Assembly: GCA_039714075.1 (NCBI GenBank) | Contig: JBDLKA010000002.1 | Coordinates: forward strand, 29,807 to 93,806 | Length of the DNA stretch: 64,000 nt | Direction: 5' to 3' | Source: Candidatus Krumholzibacteriota bacterium | GTDB lineage: Bacteria; Krumholzibacteriota; Krumholzibacteriia; LZORAL124-64-63 | Shown here: one piece after another, positions 47,962 through 58,115 of the stretch | Position numbering within the stretch: position 1 is the stretch's first letter | Layout: each line of letters begins with the position of its first letter | Notes under the pieces: generated by a model | The model's database searches: none | Told to the model about the DNA's origin: nothing | The model's input: the letters and a program-made list of their open reading frames with translations, nothing else | Program-made: the position numbers and the translations under genes

Positions 47962-50148
47962 TTATTTCAGGAGTGCCACTTTTTTGACGGTCACTTCTTC
48001 GCCGGTTGTGAGCTTGGCGAAATAGATACCCGACGCCGCGCCGACTCCCGATTCGTCGACCCCATTCCACTCGTATGTATGCACCCCAGGTCCCAGGGTG
48101 GCCGCCTTGACCAAGTGGCGGATCAAGCGTCCACGCACATCGAAGATGTCCATGCTGGCGGTCTGGGGGGAGGCCAGGGTGAATGATAGCTTGGTACTGG
48201 GGTTGAAAGGGTTGGGTGCCGCACTCAGGGTCAAGCGGGTCGAATGGACCGGGACTTGTGAAGGCTGCGGCAGGCAGGGCTTCAGACTGATCGAGATCGA
48301 GTTGGAGTAATTGCTGGCAATCAAATAGTCTCCAAAAACTGCTACTTGTCCTTGTGTACCCCCGACAAAAGTCGATCCGAGATAGACCATGTCATGGGGA
48401 TCGGAAATGTCCCAGGCCATAACCCCTTCCAAGCCGGTGGCAACGTACAGGACGTTGCCGTCTATGGTCATGCCGGAAGGGAAATCGGGTACTTGGTGGA
48501 ACCGCATCAATTGGGGATTCGACCTGTCGGAAACATCGACCACGAAGATCCCGGCCGGTTCGATTCTGCTCATCACAAACGCCAAGTCTCCATGCATAAC
48601 TATTTCGGTTATATGGCCCGGAAAATAGCACGATCCGGATTTATACGGATTGGCGGGATCCGTCAGGTCCACCACCTCCACGCCCATTCCGAAAGTTCCC
48701 GAGACGGCAAAGCCGGGTCCGGCCGCCCAGCCGAAACCCCATGTGAAATTCCTTGAGCCAACCAACTGGGGGTCGGAGGGGTTCGCGAGATCGAATACCT
48801 GTAGGGGAGTCTGGGTGAGCAGGAGATTGGCTGATATGGCCAACTCTCCAATACCATCAGGAGTTGGTACTGTCAGTCCGAGCTGAGGATTTTCTGGATC
48901 GGTGATGTCGATGACCTGGATTCCCTGTTCGCCGTCATGACGGTACCTGGCATAGGCGGTTTGGCCGTGCAGCTGAATGCCGTCAAAGGTTCCGGGTCGA
49001 TCCAGAAAACACGTTACCGAGGGGTTGATCGGGTCGGCGACATCCATTACCAGGATTCCATCAGGTGAGGGCAGATAGGCATAATGGCCGGCAATCTCGA
49101 TTTCCGGATAGGTGGAGGAGATTCTTTTCCAGGCCAAGGTGAAGTCCGGAAACTGGAAGGATAAATCCACGATCAGAAGGCCGAATACCGTGCTTGCCAC
49201 ATACCCAAGTCGATCCGAGATGAAGAGTGCGTTCGCATTGTTTGGGACTTCCACGACATCCTTGATCACGAGATCATCCGGTGCGGCCATGTCGAGCTGG
49301 ATCAATCCTGCTGAGCTGGCGGCAACCCACAGGTCCCCGTCATTTACAGTTAAGTCCTTGGCACAATCGAGAAGAGGCAGAGACCCTATGATCGCAGGGT
49401 GGGCAGGGTCGGCGATGTCCAGGGTATAGAGGTTGTATTCGTAATCTCCCGCAAACAGGTGGTTGCCATGGACCAGGACCGAGGCGGGGCTTCCCGCCAA
49501 GGAGACGCTGTGAACAATGACGGGATTGTACGGGTCGCTTACATCCGCAACGTCGATGCTCTTATTGCTGTTGGCGATATATGCAAAGCTGCCCGACAGG
49601 GAAACTTTATTGCTTGAGTTAGGAGTGTCCAGAAACCCGATTGGAAGGGGCAGGGCCGGATCTGAAATGTCCACGATGAACATGCCGGATTTTCCCCCTG
49701 ACAAATATGCCAGGGACCCGGAGATTTCCACGTCACGGATTCCATTGGCGAATACCATGCTTGAAGCAAGGAAAGGCGTGGCTCCGGGCGTGATGTCGAA
49801 AATCTTGAGGCCCTCGGTACTGGATGCGACAAATGCGAAGTTTCCCTCCACAACGATATCCGACTTGTAACCGCTGCATTGGAGGGTATCGGTTACAACC
49901 GGAAGAGTGGGATCGGAGGCATCGTATACGAATACTCCCGACTCGGAATTGCCCAGGAGAACCCTTTCCCCGGACTTGGCCACGGAATGGGACCATGGGT
50001 TCGCCGAATAGGGCGAAATGACCTGGGGATAGGCGGGCAGGTATTCCATGCAGTCCTGGGCCTGGGCCGTTGGCCCCAAACCGAGCAGAATCAATAAGAA
50101 AACCAGGGATTTCAGGGCATTTCGCCCATGCGTTAACGATTTCATCAT
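47962..50148 (-). CDS. Secreted LVIVD-repeat beta-propeller protein with a C-terminal T9SS-type / FlgD-Ig-like sorting domain
   Basis: Signal peptide MMKSLTHGRNALKSLVFLLILLGLGPTAQA. ~10 repeats of the G.FAY(V/L)A....GL.I.D.SDP..P type. C-terminus APNPFNPSTKLSF...YEWNGVDESG...GIYFAKL...KKVALLK. GGAGG Shine-Dalgarno 5 nt before ATG. Confidence 0.75.
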   Translation of the reverse strand: MMKSLTHGRNALKSLVFLLILLGLGPTAQAQDCMEYLPAYPQVISPYSANPWSHSVAKSGERVLLGNSESGVFVYDASDPTLPVVTDTLQCSGYKSDIVVEGNFAFVASSTEGLKIFDITPGATPFLASSMVFANGIRDVEISGSLAYLSGGKSGMFIVDISDPALPLPIGFLDTPNSSNKVSLSGSFAYIANSNKSIDVADVSDPYNPVIVHSVSLAGSPASVLVHGNHLFAGDYEYNLYTLDIADPAHPAIIGSLPLLDCAKDLTVNDGDLWVAASSAGLIQLDMAAPDDLVIKDVVEVPNNANALFISDRLGYVASTVFGLLIVDLSFQFPDFTLAWKRISSTYPEIEIAGHYAYLPSPDGILVMDVADPINPSVTCFLDRPGTFDGIQLHGQTAYARYRHDGEQGIQVIDITDPENPQLGLTVPTPDGIGELAISANLLLTQTPLQVFDLANPSDPQLVGSRNFTWGFGWAAGPGFAVSGTFGMGVEVVDLTDPANPYKSGSCYFPGHITEIVMHGDLAFVMSRIEPAGIFVVDVSDRSNPQLMRFHQVPDFPSGMTIDGNVLYVATGLEGVMAWDISDPHDMVYLGSTFVGGTQGQVAVFGDYLIASNYSNSISISLKPCLPQPSQVPVHSTRLTLSAAPNPFNPSTKLSFTLASPQTASMDIFDVRGRLIRHLVKAATLGPGVHTYEWNGVDESGVGAASGIYFAKLTTGEEVTVKKVALLK

Positions 50149-50364
50149 TCCAACCTCCATTAGATAAAGAAATGGTATACAACAAATTATTCAGCATGAC
50201 CTGTTCCCCCATCACCTGAACTGGGAATTGGAAAGCAACTATCATTCCTAAAATGTTTTTTTTTAAGGGCTTACGTGTGATCGACAGGCTGGGGTTGCCA
50301 CTTCGGGCATTTGGTGGCATTGTTCCCCGGTTTCCAATCGTTCCCCATACAAGCCTGGAGCACC

Positions 50365-52662
50365 GTGAACGACATCCTCGATAAATTGAACGACGCCCAA
50401 TCCGCGGCGGTGACGGGCCCGGACGGCCCGGTCCTGGTGGTCGCCGGCGCCGGCAGCGGCAAGACCCGCGTCCTGACCACCCGCGTGGCCTGGCTGATGG
50501 CCGAAAAGGATGTGTACGCCGGCGAAATCCTGGCCTTCACCTTCACCAACCGGGCCGCCAAGGAAATGAAGGAGCGCGTGGCCAACAGCCTGGACGGCCG
50601 GGACGTGCCCTTCTGGATCGGCACCTTCCACGCCACGGGGCTGAAGATCCTGCGGGCCGACGGGGCGCACATCGGCATCCAGCCCGGATTTTCCATTTTC
50701 GACACCGACGACAGCAAGCGCCTGCTCAAGCAGGTCATGGCGGACCTGAACATCGACCCTAAACAGTTCACGCCCAATGCCACGCGGTCGGTGATCAGCA
50801 AGTGGAAGAACGACGACCTGGACCCGGCAAAAGCCAAGTCGCTGGCCCGGTCGTTCGTCGACGAGAAATACGCCGCCATCTACGAGGGGTACCAGGCCGC
50901 CCTGGTCAAGTGCAACGCCCTGGACTTCGACGACCTGATCCTGCGCACGGTGCATCTGCTGGAGCAGGTCGAATCGGTGCGCCTGAAGTACGCGCAAAAA
51001 TTCCGGCACGTCCTGGTGGACGAGTTCCAGGACACGAACCCGCTGCAGCTGGTCCTGGTCAAGCTGCTGACCTGCGTGCACGGCAACCTGTTCGTCGTCG
51101 GGGACGACGACCAGTCCATCTACTCGTGGCGTGGCGCGCGCATCGAGAACATGCTCAACTTCGAGGAGTACTTCCCCGGCGCGGTCACCTTCCGGCTGGA
51201 ACAGAACTACCGCAGTTCGGGCAACATCCTGAACGCAGCCAACGAGGTCATCGCCAACAACAAGCAGCGCAAGGGCAAGAACCTGTGGACCAGCGGCGGC
51301 GACGGCGACAAGCTTACCGAAGAGGAATTCTTCGACGACGAGGACGAAGCGGCGCGGCTGGTTGACATCATCCGGGCCGAGACAACCGCTGGCATGTCAC
51401 GCGGCGACGTGACGGTGCTGTACCGGACCAATGCCCAGTCCCGCGTGCTGGAAGATGCGCTGAGAAGGGCCTCTCTCGCCTACCAGATCGTCGGCAGCCT
51501 TCATTTCTACGAGCGCAAGGAAGTGCGCGACCTGATGGCCTACCTGAAACTGGTGGCCAATCCCGCCGACCAGATCTCGATCCAGCGCGTGATCAACGTG
51601 CCCAAACGGAAGATCGGCGACACCACGGTGAAGCGGTTGGTCGCGCTGGCGGCCCGCGATGAATTGACCCTGGGTGAAGCCGCGGACCGGGAAGGCCTTC
51701 TGGAGCAGGAAATCGCGCCCGCGGCCTGCAAGCGGGTGCGCGCCTTTTTCGAAATGGCCGTCCGGTGGCGCCTGCTGGCCACCACGGGCGAACCGGTTCA
51801 CGAGATCCTGACCCGGATCATGAAGGACATCGGCTACGAGGGGTATCTGGAAATGGACGACCCCGAAACCGCTGGCACCCGCAACGAGAACGTGGCCGAG
51901 CTGGTCAACGCCGCCGCCAGCTTCCATGAATCCTCCGGTGGCGGTACCCTCGACCAGTTCCTCGAGCAGGTGGCCCTGGTGGCGGATCCGGACACCATCA
52001 CCGACGGGGAAGGGGTGGTGCGGCTGATGACCATCCACACCGCCAAGGGCCTGGAATTCCCGGTGGTGGTGATCACCGGCTGCGAGGACGACATCCTGCC
52101 GCACATCAACAGCGCCGAGGACGAGCACGGACTGGAAGAGGAGCGCCGCCTGTTCTACGTGGCGATGACCCGGGCCGAAAAAAGGGTCTACCTGCTGCAC
52201 GCCGCGCGCCGCCGCCGCTTCGGCACCTGGCAGGACAGCCTGCCCTCGCGGTTCCTGGCCGAGGTTCCCGACGGCCTGATCGAACGCCGCCACCTGGACT
52301 CCCGCAGCACCTTTACCAAACCGGTGGCCCGCAGCCTGTTCGGTGGTGGCGGGGCGCAGCCGAAGCGCCATGCCGAAACCGGCAGCCGGCGGTCGTCACC
52401 GTCCCGGCCGGTCCATCCCGGTGAGTGGGGCCGCCGCACCCCGAAGCCCGCCGTGCCTGCCCCGGACGCGGACTGGGTCGATGAAGTCGTGCAGGACGCT
52501 CCCTTCTATGAGGGGCAGACCGTGTCCCACGGTATTTTCGGATCGGGTGTGGTCAGCCGGGTGGAAGGCCACGGCGACGACATGATGGTGACCGTCGATT
52601 TCCACGAAGCCGGACGCAAGCACATCAATCCACGTTTCGCGCCTCTGGTACCGGTGGATTGA
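50365..52662 (+). CDS. UvrD/PcrA/Rep-family ATP-dependent DNA helicase
   Basis: Walker A AGAGSGKTRVL, helicase motifs through VDEFQDTN, TIHTAKGLEF. Start M-NDILDKLND as a GTG after GGAG (the track ORF begins at 50311). Confidence 0.85.
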   Translation: MNDILDKLNDAQSAAVTGPDGPVLVVAGAGSGKTRVLTTRVAWLMAEKDVYAGEILAFTFTNRAAKEMKERVANSLDGRDVPFWIGTFHATGLKILRADGAHIGIQPGFSIFDTDDSKRLLKQVMADLNIDPKQFTPNATRSVISKWKNDDLDPAKAKSLARSFVDEKYAAIYEGYQAALVKCNALDFDDLILRTVHLLEQVESVRLKYAQKFRHVLVDEFQDTNPLQLVLVKLLTCVHGNLFVVGDDDQSIYSWRGARIENMLNFEEYFPGAVTFRLEQNYRSSGNILNAANEVIANNKQRKGKNLWTSGGDGDKLTEEEFFDDEDEAARLVDIIRAETTAGMSRGDVTVLYRTNAQSRVLEDALRRASLAYQIVGSLHFYERKEVRDLMAYLKLVANPADQISIQRVINVPKRKIGDTTVKRLVALAARDELTLGEAADREGLLEQEIAPAACKRVRAFFEMAVRWRLLATTGEPVHEILTRIMKDIGYEGYLEMDDPETAGTRNENVAELVNAAASFHESSGGGTLDQFLEQVALVADPDTITDGEGVVRLMTIHTAKGLEFPVVVITGCEDDILPHINSAEDEHGLEEERRLFYVAMTRAEKRVYLLHAARRRRFGTWQDSLPSRFLAEVPDGLIERRHLDSRSTFTKPVARSLFGGGGAQPKRHAETGSRRSSPSRPVHPGEWGRRTPKPAVPAPDADWVDEVVQDAPFYEGQTVSHGIFGSGVVSRVEGHGDDMMVTVDFHEAGRKHINPRFAPLVPVD

Positions 52663-52698
52663 TCGCGGAACCGCCGCAACGGCTGTGCTCCGGGAGCG

Positions 52699-54783
52699 CT
52701 AGTCCAGCAAGGTGAGTTTGCGGACCGCGCGGGCCCCTTCGGCCGTGAATTCCACCCAGTAGACACCGGCCGCCAGGCGGCCCGAGCCTCCGGCGAATGG
52801 CCAGCTCCAGACGTGGGGCTCGGAGGCGGGATCGTCGCTCGGGCCAGTGGCTGCAAGGGTGCCCAGATCCGCCTCATGGATAAGCCGGCCTCTCATATCG
52901 TACAATTTGGCAATGGTTTTCCTGTTGGATGTCAAGTAGATCCTGAATTCGGCGCCCGCCGTGGTTACGGGATTGGGCCAGGGACCGGCCACCTGCAGGA
53001 CCGGCGGAGGGGCCGAACCGGTCCGCATCAACACCAACCCTTCGGGGTCCACGGAAACCGAATCGACCGGGCAGGAGGGCGACCAGGTAAAAGTCTCTTC
53101 CCTCCGAGTGAGAAACACGATACCGGACAAGGAATCGCAGGAGGTGTGAACCACCACGGGCACGGCCATCTCGAAGACCGGGTCCTGCTGCTGGGTGAAG
53201 GTGACCCGGACCCCGTGGTCGCTCCCGCCGCGGCGCACGGGTTCGCTGCGGGTCCGGAGCACCGGCACGGCGGACGTGTCCAGCCAGGGGTCGAAAAATC
53301 CGTCCAGGTTCCGCCCGGCGGCGGCTTCGGCATGGGCGATCATGTCCGCCAGGTTGACATTGCCCAGGACCAGACCGGGGGCCGTCGCGTAGTTGGCGAG
53401 GAACTCCTCGAAGGCGGGCCGGCCGATCAGCATCCGGAGCAGGTGCAGAACCCAGGCACCCTTGTCGTAGATCAGCGTGTTGGGCAGGATGGGATCCGGG
53501 TCGCTGAGCACACCGTCGTTCACGAACAGCTCGGGGTGCCGCTCGGGGCCTATCTGCCGCATGAAATCCCGGTACGCCTCGGGACCCGCCGTGTGCTCCA
53601 CCCACAGCGCCTCGAAGTAGCGGGCGAAACCCTCGTTGAGCCAGATATCCGCCCACACCGCCGGGGTCAGGCTGTCGCCGAACCACTGGTGCGCCAGCTC
53701 GTGGATCACGACCAGTTCGAACCGGTGGTCCCCGGTCAGGACGATCGGACTGAGGCTGGTCGCGGTCTGGTGTTCCATCGAGCCGAACCATTTGAATTCG
53801 GCCTGGGCGTACTTTTCGCCGGTGAAGGGGTAGGGGCCGGCCAGCACGGTCATGAAATCCATCATTTCGCAGGTGGGGGCCAGGTCGATTTCCGCCTTGG
53901 CCAGATCCTGGGGGAAAACGTGGAAGTCCAGATGGACCGGCGCCCCGTCGGTGACGGAACATTCCTCGCTCCAGGATACGTAGTTGGTGGCCGCAAGGGA
54001 GACCAGGTACACCGCGATGGGATATTCCTCGCGCCAGGCGAAACGGCGCAGGCCGGGTGACGGGACATCCTCGAGCAGGAGGGTGCCGTTGGAAATCAGC
54101 TGCAACGTATCGGGAACGGTGGCCCGCAGGCTAACCAGGGCCTTGTCCGCGGGATGGTCCTTGCAGGGCCACCACGAATGGGCGGACCAGGGCTGGTTCT
54201 GGTTGGCGATCATGGGCATGTCGTCGGTCAGGTCGTCGGGCGTGCCGTTGTCGTGGCTGCGGAACATCAGGCCGCTGTTGAAATTGCCGTGGGGCAGCGG
54301 ACGGCCGTGCCAGCGGACGATCAGGGTTTCCGCCCGGCTGGTGGCCAAAGGTGCAGCCAGCGCCACCACCAGACTGTCTCCCTGGTGGGTGAACGCAGCC
54401 TCGCCGCCCCGGAAGGTGATGCCGTCACAGACCAGGTTGTCCACCAGGTCCAGGCGGATGTGGGTCAGTCCGTCCGCCAAGGCGGTCAGGCCGATGTCCA
54501 CCGATCCGCTGAGCGACCTGCTGTCGGGAATCAGTTCGAGATCCAGATCGTAGCTCTGGACATCGTAGCCGCGGTCCCCTGCGGGGGGCGGGGGAAAATC
54601 CGCGGCTGTTTTGGCGGTTGAAATAGAAGGGTCGCCGACTTGTCGTTCCACCGGCAGCCGGCATTTGGCGGGGCTGGGTTCGGGAGAGGTGACGGCCCCT
54701 GCTCCGGTGGCCATTCCGGTGGAAACCGCGGTCAGGATCGCTACCAGATGGAACAGGAATATCCGCATGGAAAATGATTTCAT
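52699..54783 (-). CDS. Secreted M1-family zinc aminopeptidase (HELAHQWFG...WLNEGFA) with a C-terminal T9SS-type / FlgD-Ig-like domain
   Basis: Signal peptide MKSFSMRIFLFHLVAILTAVSTGMA. HExxH plus E gluzincin motif. C-terminal PNPVTT...IYLTSNR...LYDMRGRL...GVYWVEF...RKLTLLD. ATG overlaps the stop of the upstream small gene (ATGA). Confidence 0.8.
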   Translation of the reverse strand: MKSFSMRIFLFHLVAILTAVSTGMATGAGAVTSPEPSPAKCRLPVERQVGDPSISTAKTAADFPPPPAGDRGYDVQSYDLDLELIPDSRSLSGSVDIGLTALADGLTHIRLDLVDNLVCDGITFRGGEAAFTHQGDSLVVALAAPLATSRAETLIVRWHGRPLPHGNFNSGLMFRSHDNGTPDDLTDDMPMIANQNQPWSAHSWWPCKDHPADKALVSLRATVPDTLQLISNGTLLLEDVPSPGLRRFAWREEYPIAVYLVSLAATNYVSWSEECSVTDGAPVHLDFHVFPQDLAKAEIDLAPTCEMMDFMTVLAGPYPFTGEKYAQAEFKWFGSMEHQTATSLSPIVLTGDHRFELVVIHELAHQWFGDSLTPAVWADIWLNEGFARYFEALWVEHTAGPEAYRDFMRQIGPERHPELFVNDGVLSDPDPILPNTLIYDKGAWVLHLLRMLIGRPAFEEFLANYATAPGLVLGNVNLADMIAHAEAAAGRNLDGFFDPWLDTSAVPVLRTRSEPVRRGGSDHGVRVTFTQQQDPVFEMAVPVVVHTSCDSLSGIVFLTRREETFTWSPSCPVDSVSVDPEGLVLMRTGSAPPPVLQVAGPWPNPVTTAGAEFRIYLTSNRKTIAKLYDMRGRLIHEADLGTLAATGPSDDPASEPHVWSWPFAGGSGRLAAGVYWVEFTAEGARAVRKLTLLD

Positions 54784-55091
54784 TCGCGGTCGCGGCCGCA
54801 TTTCCAGCAGGCGTCGTAGCTGCCGTCGATCTCTTCGGAACAACCGCTGCAGATCCAGGTCCCGGTCGTGGTGGCCACGGCCTTCGAGTTCAGGAATTCC
54901 CGGGCTTTTTCAAGTTCCTGGTCGGGAACGTACAATTTGACGCCGGCCTGCAGGTCGAGATGGGGTCTCATGCCGCCACAGTTGTCCTTTTCCAGGACCA
55001 CGTTGATGCCGAGGGCTTCCAGCCGCCCTTTGGCGATCTGGGCTTCGATTTCGTTGGTGTAGGTTTCCAGACGTGTCATTCCGTCACGCAT
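54780..55091 (-). CDS. Small DUF2007-like protein with a C-terminal zinc ribbon (CSGC...CWKC)
   Basis: 104 aa from ATG 55091 (GGGAGG Shine-Dalgarno 8 nt upstream). Translationally coupled to the M1 peptidase gene. The track ORF starts earlier (55244) but that N-terminal stretch has no Shine-Dalgarno. Confidence 0.6.
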   Translation of the reverse strand: MRDGMTRLETYTNEIEAQIAKGRLEALGINVVLEKDNCGGMRPHLDLQAGVKLYVPDQELEKAREFLNSKAVATTTGTWICSGCSEEIDGSYDACWKCGRDRE

Positions 55092-55263
55092 GAAGGATTC
55101 CTCCCTGATGTTGGGATCTATCAGCTCATCATTAGAATACCACGGATAATGCCGCCGGCAAAGCCCCGCCCTTGCGGCGGGGACCTTTCCAAGCGACAAT
55201 GGGTCGGTACATTTTGCTGTTGTTTCCGCCCCGCGGGAACCCATTCAAGCCGGAGGTAATCTC

Positions 55264-57036
55264 TTGAGCCGACGCGATCCCCATTCCTTCAGCGACCTGT
55301 CCCAGGGCAGGGTCACCAGCATGGACCTCGATCTGAACGTGGATTTCTCTTCCAGCCGTATCGAAGGCACCGCCACGCTCAAACTCGAGTCGGCGTCGTC
55401 CGGGCCCCTGGACCTGGACACGAGGGATCTCGAGATCAGGGGCGTCGCCGATGTCGCCGGAAACTCCCTGGAGTGGGAGATCGCCGAGAAGGACGATATC
55501 CTGGGCTCGTGCCTGCGGGTCAATCTGACCGGAGCGTCGGATTCCTTTACCATCGATTACGCCACCAGCCCGACGGCCAGCGCCCTGCAATGGCTCGAGC
55601 CCGCGCAGACCGACGGCGGCAAACATCCGTACCTGTTCAGCCAGTGCCAGGCCATCCATGCCCGCAGCGTCATCCCCTGCCAGGATTCCCCCCTGGCGCG
55701 GTTCACCTTCACCGCCAGAATGACCGTTCCCGAGGATCTGACCGTGGTCATGGCCGCGGCTCCGGGCCAGGCGGCCGCGGGTGACAAGCCCGGCACCCGC
55801 AGCTTCAGTTTCGAAATGCCCCAGTCCATTCCGCCGTACCTGTTCGCCTTCGCGGTGGGGAACATTGTTTCCGAGGATCTGGGCCCGCGTTCCCGAGTCT
55901 ACACCGAACCGGAAACCCTGGAAAAATCAGCCTGGGAATTCGCCGACGTCGACAAGATGCTGCTGGCGGCCGAGGATGTGTTCGGTCCCTACTTGTGGGA
56001 TCGCTTCGACTTCCTGGTGATGCCGGGGTCCTTTCCCTACGGTGGGATGGAAAATCCCCGCCTGACCTTCCTGACCCCGACCCTGCTGGCGGGGGACCGG
56101 TCCCTGGTCAACGTCCTGGCCCACGAGCTGGCCCACAGCTGGACCGGCAATCTGGTCACCAACGCGACCATGGACGATTTCTGGCTCAATGAAGGGTTCA
56201 CCGTCTGGGCCGAAAGGCGCATCCTGGAAAACCTGGACGGCCAGGAGGCCAAGTCCCTGGCGGCGGCCATCGGGCGCAACGGCCTGATGGAGGCCATGAA
56301 CGCCTTCGGCATGGATTCGCCCTTCACCCAACTGGAGACCGACAGCAAGGGTGCCGATCCGGACGAATTCTACTCGCTGGTGCCCTACGAAAAAGGCTAT
56401 CTGTTCGTGGCTCTTCTCGAACAGGCCGCCGGCCGGGAGAAGTTCGACGCCTTCATCAAGAAGTACATCAAGCACTTCAGCTTCACTTCCATCACCACCG
56501 CCCAGTTCGAGGAGTTCCTCAACGCCGAGCTGCCGGGAATTGCAGAAGAGGTCCGGGCTGAAGAGTGGATCCACCAGGCCGGCCTGCCGGACAACGCGCC
56601 GGTGTTCGCGTCCGAGCGCCTGGAGATGCTCCAGGGATCGGCCAAGGGTTGGTCCGACGGGGTCCGGCCCGATGTCGCCCAGGCCAAGGACTGGAGTCCC
56701 GAGGATTGGCAGATCTTCCTGCAGGCCCTGCCGCGCACCCTGCCCGGGGACGATTGCGCCTGGCTCGACGACAATTTCGGCCTGACCGGTCAGGGCAACA
56801 GTGAAATCCTCTGCAACTGGTTGATCATCGCCGTGGGCAGCGGATACGAGCCCGTTTTCGAGCGCGCACGTTCCTTCCTGGGCGAGGTGGGCCGGATGAA
56901 GTACCTCAAGCCCCTGTACACCGTCCTGTACGAAAACGAGAAAACGAAGGACATGGCCAAGGAGATCTTCGCCGCCAACGCCGGCGGGTACCATCCCATC
57001 GCCAGGGGCGGGATCGAAAGGATCATGGCGGGCTGA
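55264..57036 (+). CDS. M1-family aminopeptidase of the leukotriene-A4-hydrolase / cold-active aminopeptidase type, cytoplasmic
   Basis: N-terminal RRDPHSFS, HELAHSWTGN...WLNEGFTVWAE, C-terminal LTA4H-type helical domain. TTG start 7 nt after GGAGG. No signal peptide. Confidence 0.85.
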   Translation: MSRRDPHSFSDLSQGRVTSMDLDLNVDFSSSRIEGTATLKLESASSGPLDLDTRDLEIRGVADVAGNSLEWEIAEKDDILGSCLRVNLTGASDSFTIDYATSPTASALQWLEPAQTDGGKHPYLFSQCQAIHARSVIPCQDSPLARFTFTARMTVPEDLTVVMAAAPGQAAAGDKPGTRSFSFEMPQSIPPYLFAFAVGNIVSEDLGPRSRVYTEPETLEKSAWEFADVDKMLLAAEDVFGPYLWDRFDFLVMPGSFPYGGMENPRLTFLTPTLLAGDRSLVNVLAHELAHSWTGNLVTNATMDDFWLNEGFTVWAERRILENLDGQEAKSLAAAIGRNGLMEAMNAFGMDSPFTQLETDSKGADPDEFYSLVPYEKGYLFVALLEQAAGREKFDAFIKKYIKHFSFTSITTAQFEEFLNAELPGIAEEVRAEEWIHQAGLPDNAPVFASERLEMLQGSAKGWSDGVRPDVAQAKDWSPEDWQIFLQALPRTLPGDDCAWLDDNFGLTGQGNSEILCNWLIIAVGSGYEPVFERARSFLGEVGRMKYLKPLYTVLYENEKTKDMAKEIFAANAGGYHPIARGGIERIMAG

Positions 57037-57051
57037 CAAGCAGCTTCCTGT

Positions 57052-58017
57052 TCAACCGACAACCACTTCCCTGTCCTGGCCGGCGGAACGGTAGCAGGCG
57101 TCCACCACGCGCATCGTGGCCAGCCCGTCGGCCACGGTCACCGGAGGTGGGGTGCCTCCGCGTACCGCGGCCAGCCAGTCGGCCAGCAACGGCGGCAGGG
57201 TGGGAGAGGCCGCCGACACGTCGAACCGGTCCTCGTCCCTTCCGGTGCGCAGGATGATCCCGCCGTCGAGATAATCAGCCATGATCTGCCCCTCTTCTCC
57301 CACCAGTTCCAGCCAGCAGGCCCGGCTTTGGGTGTATTTGCTGACCTCGAAATGGGCCCAGCAGCCGTCGGACATGACGGCGCGCGCCAGGAACAGGTCC
57401 TCGACCACGGGATTTTGAATACGGGCCTGCCGGGAATCCACGGTCACGAATTCCGCCCCGGTCAGGTGCCGCGCCAGATCGAAGATGTGGACCCCCGTCA
57501 ACAGGACGGATCCGCCCACGGTCTCGGCCGCATTGCGCTGCCAGGCAAGCGTGGTGGGGGCCAGGCGCTGGGCGAGCCGCACGAGATGAACCCGGCCCAG
57601 ACTTGGCAGCAACTCGCGCACTTTCATGATCACGGGGTTCCACCGCAGGGCCTGGGCGACCATGAGCGGGTGCGCCGCCGCCTGGTCCAGCGCCACCAAT
57701 TGTCCGGCCTCCGCCAGCGTCCCGGTCATGGGTTTTTCCAGCAGGAGGGGCTTGCCCGCCGCCAGCACGGCCGCGGCCAATTCGAAATGTGAAGAGGGCG
57801 GTGTGCAAACGACCACACCGTCAACCTCCGGGTCCGCGATCAGGTCGGCGGGTGCCGCGTGGTAACGGCAGCCGAACCGGTCGGCCAGCTTTTGTCCTTC
57901 AGCGCGGGTGCGCCTGCACAGGGCCGTCACCGACATCCCGGGCACGTCGTTGCCCGCATGGCGCACATAGCGCTCGCCGTGGGCTCCGGCGCCGATCACT
58001 CCGAGGCGAAAATCCAT
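57052..58017 (-). CDS. Gfo/Idh/MocA family NAD(P)-dependent oxidoreductase
   Basis: Rossmann N-terminus MDFRLGVIGAGAHGERY, EKP motif (LLLEKPM). Confidence 0.8.
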   Translation of the reverse strand: MDFRLGVIGAGAHGERYVRHAGNDVPGMSVTALCRRTRAEGQKLADRFGCRYHAAPADLIADPEVDGVVVCTPPSSHFELAAAVLAAGKPLLLEKPMTGTLAEAGQLVALDQAAAHPLMVAQALRWNPVIMKVRELLPSLGRVHLVRLAQRLAPTTLAWQRNAAETVGGSVLLTGVHIFDLARHLTGAEFVTVDSRQARIQNPVVEDLFLARAVMSDGCWAHFEVSKYTQSRACWLELVGEEGQIMADYLDGGIILRTGRDEDRFDVSAASPTLPPLLADWLAAVRGGTPPPVTVADGLATMRVVDACYRSAGQDREVVVG

Positions 58018-58115
58018 GTCTGGTCCGTTTCTGGCAAAAAGCCCTTGCCGGTGCGGTCGCGCAGGGACGCGCGGCCGAACCCGGCAGTAGTCATCCTCCC
58101 GGAACGGATTCTAGC

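Noticed and set aside
55092-55244. N-terminal extension of the DUF2007 ORF back to 55244
   Set aside because: The strong GGGAGG Shine-Dalgarno precedes the internal ATG at 55091, and the upstream 50 aa would overlap the divergent promoter region and has no domain signal. The shorter gene is preferred.
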